Positions 57,630-64,000 of a stretch of 64,000 nt of DNA are shown here, piece by piece (position 1 is the first letter of the stretch; each line of letters begins with the position of its first letter). This DNA comes from Paramecium tetraurelia (lineage: Eukaryota). The notes below the pieces were generated by a model. That model had not been told where the DNA came from and did no database searches. It worked only from the letters and a program-made list of their open reading frames with translations. Where the stretch lies: NCBI GenBank assembly GCA_000165425.1, contig CT868006.1, positions 1 to 64,000 of the forward strand, read 5' to 3'. A program made the position numbers and the translations under genes.

Positions 57630-59660
57630 ATGTTAGAAGCTGAAAGAAAATAGGGTCAATTCCCATTGTTGGAGATGTCACATTTACTTTATGGAGGCAA
57701 AGACCAATTTGATAGATTTCTTGAGAGATAAAGTTTCTTTGATGATCATCCAATGTTCAAAGTTAATCATGATTTCTACAATAAGTCAAGACAGGATCAA
57801 GTTTATATTTTAATATATAACTAAGATTCTTCTGAATGCTGAAAGAACAGTTGAAGCAATGAAGAAATTATCATTGGCTGATCCCAATTACTACACTCCA
57901 AATGTCTTATGTCCTTAGGGTATATTCATATCCACTGTCCATTATGCCATGGTTATACCTGCATTCTAGGTTTTGGCATCTGACGAATAGATTTCTAAAT
58001 GGATGACCTCATTAAAGAATTTTAGTGCATTTGGATGTTATGCCTAAACTGAATTGGGCCATGGATCTGACGTATAGAACTTAAAGACTGTAGCTGTATT
58101 CGATAAACAAACATCGGAATTTGTGATCCATACTCCAAATATAGAAGCCACTAAATGTATTTCTAAGTTATTATGACTTAGTTTGGCCAGGAGAATTGGG
58201 ATTGTACTGTGAGTTTGCCTTGGTATTTGCTCAATTGTAAGTCGACGGCAAAGGATATGGAGTACATCCCTTTTGGATCAGAATCAGAGATAAGGAGACT
58301 CACAAACCATTGTCAGGTATTGAAATTGGTGATATTGGTCCAAAAATGGGTTATGCAGTTAAGGATAATGGATTCATGAGTTTCGATCATTACAGAGCTC
58401 CTTTGGACAGTCTATTGAATAGGTACATAAAGGTGAGCAAAGACGGAAAAGTAGAGAGACAAGGAAATCCAAAAGTAGGATATGGAAGTATGATGTACAT
58501 GAGAAACATTCTTTGTGATTAATATACTAAGTTTGGTGGCAGAGCTTTGGCAATTGCTGTTCGTTATTCTTTATACAGAAAACAATTTAAAGATGATAAT
58601 AAATAGGAAATTAGAATCTTAGATTATTAATGCTAATAATAAAAGTTATTCCCATTATTGGCTGAATTCTATGCTTGTGTTTTTGGAAGTGTTAAAATAA
58701 AGGAATTAGTAAATGAGAATTTCAATAGAATTTCTTAAAAAAATGATTTCAGTTTACTTGGATTGACTCATGCTGTGTTAAGTGGAGCCAAGGCCAATTA
58801 TACATATTTCGTATCAAATTGTGCAGAATGGTGTAGATTGAGTTGTGGAGGACATGGATTTGCTCATTATTCAGGGTTGCCAATCATTTTCTTTGAAATG
58901 TCTCCAAATGTAATACATAATATTAATTTAATTTAGATTACTTTAGAAGGAGAAAACACTATCTTGAATTTATAATTAGCGAGATACTTACTTAAACAAT
59001 TGCAACATGTGGTCTAAAAACCAAGTGCAGTACCTGAATTTTTCAAGTTCTTGTCCTTAGAAACAGCCAAATTCGATGATGTCACAACAATTGAAAGTTT
59101 AATTACTCTTTTAGGTTTGAATTGTGCCAATCTTACAAAATATGCAGCCTAAAAGTTGATGTCTCATCCTGACATGAAAGAGAGTTGGGACACCAAATCT
59201 GGCATCGCCTTAGCCAAAGCTGCATCCACATTCATTCCTTACTTTAATATGCTTTGTTTCTTAGATACTATTAATAACAAAGCAAAAGAAACTAAGGAAA
59301 TTCTAACTGTTTTAGCTAGAATATATGGTATCACCATGTTATTGAATAACATGCAAGGATTATTATTAAGTAATATAATTTATCATAGAAATAGAAAATT
59401 AACTTAGCAGTCAATAAATAAAAGCACTCTAAGATACCAGGGAATCACTATACCCAATCATCAGAGTAAATGCTTTATGTTTAGTGGAAGCACAAGGATT
59501 GTCTGATAACTCATTGTAAAGTTTGATTGCTCCAAGAGAGGGCGATGTTTATATGAACATGTACAACTTCGCTTCAAAAGAAAATTCATTAAATAAATAA
59601 CAAGTGCACAATGGCATCAATTACATTCAAAAAATGAGAGAAGTAAATGCTAAATTATGA
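57630..59660 (+). CDS. ACOX: Peroxisomal acyl-CoA oxidase
   Basis: GCYAQTELGHGSDVQNLKT; KFWPGELG; GDIGPKMGY; CRLSCGGHGF; TLEGENTIL; C-terminal PTS1 AKL. Confidence 0.95.
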
Positions 59661-59672
59661 TTTCTAACATTA

Positions 59673-61006
59673 TCACAATTCATATTAAAAGAATATAACA
59701 ATTGCCGTAATGTCATCTATTCCTTCACTATGAGCTTTCCATCCAGCCACTGATTCTTGAACTATCTTCTAACATGCTCCCTAAGCATCATTCTTCTGAT
59801 AAAACGGATACACCATATCAGCTATCTAGATTATTTAGACTCATAATACACTCTAATTCTCCAAAAACTCCCATATTCCATCAGATCCTAAAACTATAAA
59901 TATATCCTCCTTATTGTCAATCTCTACTGATTTGATATCTGGAGTTTAAGACACTCCTATAGCTGCAGCAACAGTGTCTCCTAAACTTCTGCTCATTGCC
60001 AATCCAGGGAATTAGGCTCCTCTTGCCCATACTCTCGATGGTCCTATAGGTGCTCCATTAGGTAAATGATATGTATCGACTACTCCTCCATTCTACTCAA
60101 TTCTGATTCTTTCATTCTCCTAATGTGGTTTATGATCTATTGACAATTCAACTACATTTAAATTGTTGGTATTGCTGTTCCTTTTAACCAAGATTGCTCT
60201 GCTATCTCCTACCCATCCACAATGAATAGTATTTTCTCTTATTAATATTACTGTCAAAGTAGTCCCTGAAAATTAACAACCAAATTCTGTCTAAAATTTC
60301 ATCTTCTGATGCATCTCAAAGAATACCTTCTGAAAATCAAATACCTTATAAAATTTAGTTAAATTATCTACATACATAACATTATTATACATTTTAACAA
60401 CTCTTTAATAAACGAACTCACGTAATCTCCATCCATCCCATGTCCATCCATCACTGCAAAGCCATAATTATTATCATCCAATTATAAACATAACTCTCGA
60501 TCTTAATTCGTTTTCTCTTAAATCCCATCAAACCCTGCTCTAGATTAACTACAATGTGTAATCTTTATTTTATTCTTTCCTTATTATTAGATGGTCTAAT
60601 TCTCCTCTCTTTAACTCTTAATTGGGAGAGTCTGAGTTAATGAACTCTATTATCCTTGTAGCTGTTATTTAGTTTTAGAATCTAATATAAGTCTGTTTTT
60701 TAAAAGAGGTGGCTTTTTTGTTAAATCAGCCCCTGATGTTGATTTTTCCATTTACTTCTAATAGCCTTTTAAGTCTGGCAACTTGATGGTCAATCTTTGG
60801 GCAGGAACACTCTAGATCAAATTAGATTACGGTTTTAAGCTATTCTGATTTTAATCTTCAACTGTAGATTATTGTACTCTTGAATCACTTCTGTCTCTTT
60901 TCTGTGTAAAATGGTAATTAGGCTTAGTCACTGGCTATTCTTTCCTATTTTCTGAGGAAGATCGATTGATTATAGGTTTGAGTTGTTATCCAAATTTTTA
61001 GAACAT
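59673..61006 (-). CDS. Protein phosphatase 2C
   Basis: FAVMDGHG; SGTTL; VGDSRAIL; SIDHKP; GLAMSRSLGD; LGSDGIWEF; DDITAIVIFF. Confidence 0.93.
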
Positions 61007-61028
61007 GACAAATTAATTTATATAAAAT

Positions 61029-61841
61029 TCACTTTTAAAGTAAATGGAAACTATCTTCAATTTTGTATTTGGGCAACACATAATTAAAAGTATTTGCTTA
61101 AGGTATGAATCTACCTCCTATGGCATGTTATCCTTCAAATTCCTTTATGGCCTTCAAAGGCAATCCCAAGGAGATCACAAACTGTGGCACATACGCATTA
61201 TACAGATTTCCATTGTCAGTATGCCATCCAACTGGCAGATTGATAGCCAGCACTTTTTTGCTTACTTCTGAAAAGGCATGCATAAATTCTCTCACTGGCG
61301 TTTTGGGTTATTCAATTGAATTCAGTGTGATAGCATCCACAACTAGATCGTAATCGTTCAACCAATTTGCTAGAATATTCTTGGTCATTTAAACATTTAA
61401 TTGTTCTTATAGATTTTGAAGAATGTCAAAATGCAGTGTAGCTGAATGCGATTTACATTGCATTGCCAATCTACTTCTCAGGGGATCATTAGGGTATAAC
61501 AATACAACATCGACTTCTACTTTTCTCTATGCCAAATATCGAGCAGCTGCCAATCCAAAATATCCGTTTTGATACGAGGATCCTGAGAAATCCTATCCGA
61601 TAATAAAAATAACTCTCTTAAGAGGCACATCTATCCTTGATAAATACAGGATGTATTCTGCAACACTCTAACCTCCTATTTCTGCCAATTAAGCCTTAGT
61701 ATATCCGTATTCCTTTCCCATCAATGATCCCATTAAATTTTGAAACTCGCTACCTTTTAAATATGATAATGTAGGGGCAGGTAATGATGCTTGGTCTTGA
61801 GCCAAGAGAGGGTTAAACAAAGTTAGAAAAAATATTAACAT
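61029..61841 (-). CDS. YjeF N-terminal (NAD(P)HX epimerase/NAXE-like) protein with signal peptide and degenerate motifs, 270 aa
   Basis: MLIFFLTLFNPLLAQ; QLAEIGGQSVA; NGYFGLAAARYL; DLVVDAI; LAINLPVGW; ISLGLP; HAIGGRFIP. Confidence 0.75.
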
Positions 61842-62403
61842 TTGTTAATATTTAATTAATAAAAATTGAATAAAAGGTATGAATTGAAATATTTTAAATT
61901 CAGTGTTGGTGGATATAATAAGATTCATTTATAATAAAAGCGATCTTTGAATCTCTATGATTATATAGCCATATATGAGAAAATAGAAGTAAATAACAGA
62001 CTTAAATTTGAATTGATCGATTAATTGAATGATATTATAACTTTTTATGTTGAGACATAAAATATATATAAAAATATTATTGATATCATTAAAATAACCT
62101 TGTTATATTCAATTTATTTATCTTAATGGTATTAAAATATGATAATAATAAAAATAAATTGACTCATTACCTTATGAACTAATTACTTGGGAATCTTAAA
62201 AAAGTGAAATTATTCCATTAATCTAGTTTGTTCATTCTTTTTAAGATATAGATTCAATAATAAGGATTTTTAATGATTAATTATCTTTATCATAATAGCA
62301 CTTTGCTTACTTTAAGTTATCTTATTATCTAAAATTTGACATTATGAATTCTATACAATTATAAATAATCTAAAGTTAAAAAAGTGATTATTATTAAATA
62401 TTA

Positions 62404-63721
62404 ATGAATAATTACAAAGCAGTTCAAATTTAAATAATTGATTAATAATGTTAGCAATTACAAGACAGCATCTCTGATTTGGGATGCTATTACTCGTTAA
62501 TCAAAAAAGATGCTAAATTTATTGATGTTGCTTTATTTGCTGATTCGAATAATTGTGTAAAAATATCATTAAGTGATCCGGAATCATTAATCAGCATGAT
62601 CATTAAAAATTTAACAGATAAGTCTGTAAAGATATCTATTAATATCGTAGGTGTTAGGCAGATTGAAATTGTCAGTGAGAGAGATATTGGAATATAAATA
62701 AGAGTATACATAATGGTATGAATTTTAAAGTGAGTGTTCGACACAGATAAAGGTATAGTTCAAATTCATATTACTACAAAATGATGTAGCCTCCCCATCA
62801 CCAATTAAGAGTTCTTTAAACAATTCTCAACAATATTCGCTTTCATCAAATAGTTATTAAGAATAGAGTGCGAATAGTTCAGAAAAGAAATAAATGATTC
62901 ATCCTCATTATCTAACTGTAGGATAGGAACATGATTATCCTGTGATATCTCAATTTCCTACTTCTCCAACCTTTAAGAGAATGATAGATGCAGCCACTCA
63001 AGTAGAATGCGAAAATCAAGACCTCTTCACGTTGAAATTGGATAAGGAACAACTAATAGAATAATACTAATAGAGTTAGAATTAGCTAATGAAATTACAA
63101 TAAGAATACTTGCAATAAAACAGTCTATATAAGGAGTATGATTCATAGATTAAATTATAACTTGAAGAGATCTAAAAAATGAAGATTTAAATTCAAAATT
63201 ATCAAAAAGAAATATTGCTATTTAGATAAAATGAATAACAATAGTAATAACAAAAATCATAACCCCTAGATGATGCATTAATTGAATAAATCAAAAAGCT
63301 AAAAGTCACAATTAAATAATTGGAGGAATAAAATTAAAAACAGAAATTAGAACTAGCCAATCAATTGGAGATATCAACTAATCAATAAAATTAATTGAAT
63401 GCCATAACTGAAAAATTAGACAGGAATGATAGCATTCTTTAGTTAACAGAGGAGTAGAATGTATAATTATTTAATATGAATATAGAAATATATCTTAAGT
63501 CTGAATTAATAATTGGTTTAGCGAGAATAATAATAGAACATTATTATTCAAGAGCAACAGTTGAATGTCGATTAGTTAGAGAAACAATTGAAAGAATAAA
63601 ATAATCAAATAGATAAATTGAATTACACTATCAAAAAGGAGAATTTATTTAATTCTGTACTCTAAAGAGTTTAAGAATAGCAATTGTAATCTTACATGAA
63701 AATAATTGGTCCCCTAAATGA
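62404..63721 (+). CDS. Coiled-coil hypothetical protein
   Basis: Code-6 coding region with a Q/E/K-rich C-terminal half; intron positions unresolved. Confidence 0.6.
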
Positions 63722-63789
63722 GTATTTAGATCAATCTAAGGACAGATTACTTTATAATTGATTATTTAATACATATAAATAGCATTTCA

Positions 63790-64000
63790 TCATACTAGAG
63801 ATTGAATATATTCATCATTTTCATCTTCATCCCATAATTACTGTTGAATCTTCCAAATTTAGAGTATGTTTTTCTCTTATTCTACACTTGCCAATAGATG
63901 TTTATGATTGGCATTCCAAGATAAATCATTAACCTTAGATCTATGTCCTCCATGATAAAACTAATATGATTATACACATATCTACCAACAATTCAGATGG
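63790..64000 (-). CDS. RBBP4/RBAp48 (CAF-1 subunit C/MSI1)-like WD40 protein, 3' end only
   Basis: PSELL|intron|FYHGGHRSKVNDLSWNANHKHLLASVE...NILQIWK. Confidence 0.85.

Overview
This is very AT-rich eukaryotic DNA, consistent with the left end of a Paramecium (probably P. tetraurelia) macronuclear chromosome. It opens with mixed C4A2/C3A3 telomeric repeats. Genes read in the ciliate code (TAA/TAG = Gln, TGA = only stop) and carry tiny, roughly 20-30 nt GT..AG introns, so the supplied standard-code ORF track is mostly uninformative. I translated by eye with code 6, so exon boundaries and some ends are approximate. The first ~19 kb is a subtelomeric zone with frame-broken or degraded genes. From ~19.6 kb onward genes are densely packed: tRNA-Lys, kinases, an MDR oxidoreductase, ELMO-domain, CSN2-like, kinesin-13, trichocyst matrix protein, DnaJ, MFS, 3R-Myb, CTD phosphatase, LRR, acyl-CoA oxidase, PP2C, YjeF_N and RBBP4-like genes. 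The most striking observation is a family of three intronless 275-aa genes that appear to fuse an F-box-like motif to a dynein heavy-chain stalk microtubule-binding-like domain, with a mosaic (gene-conversion-like) pattern among copies. Other candidates are a Ulp1/SENP pseudoprotease, a signal-peptide-bearing degenerate YjeF_N protein, a Cys-rich GPS-like receptor, and a protein with SILK and RVxF PP1-docking motifs. All domain calls come from motif recognition, not database searches.
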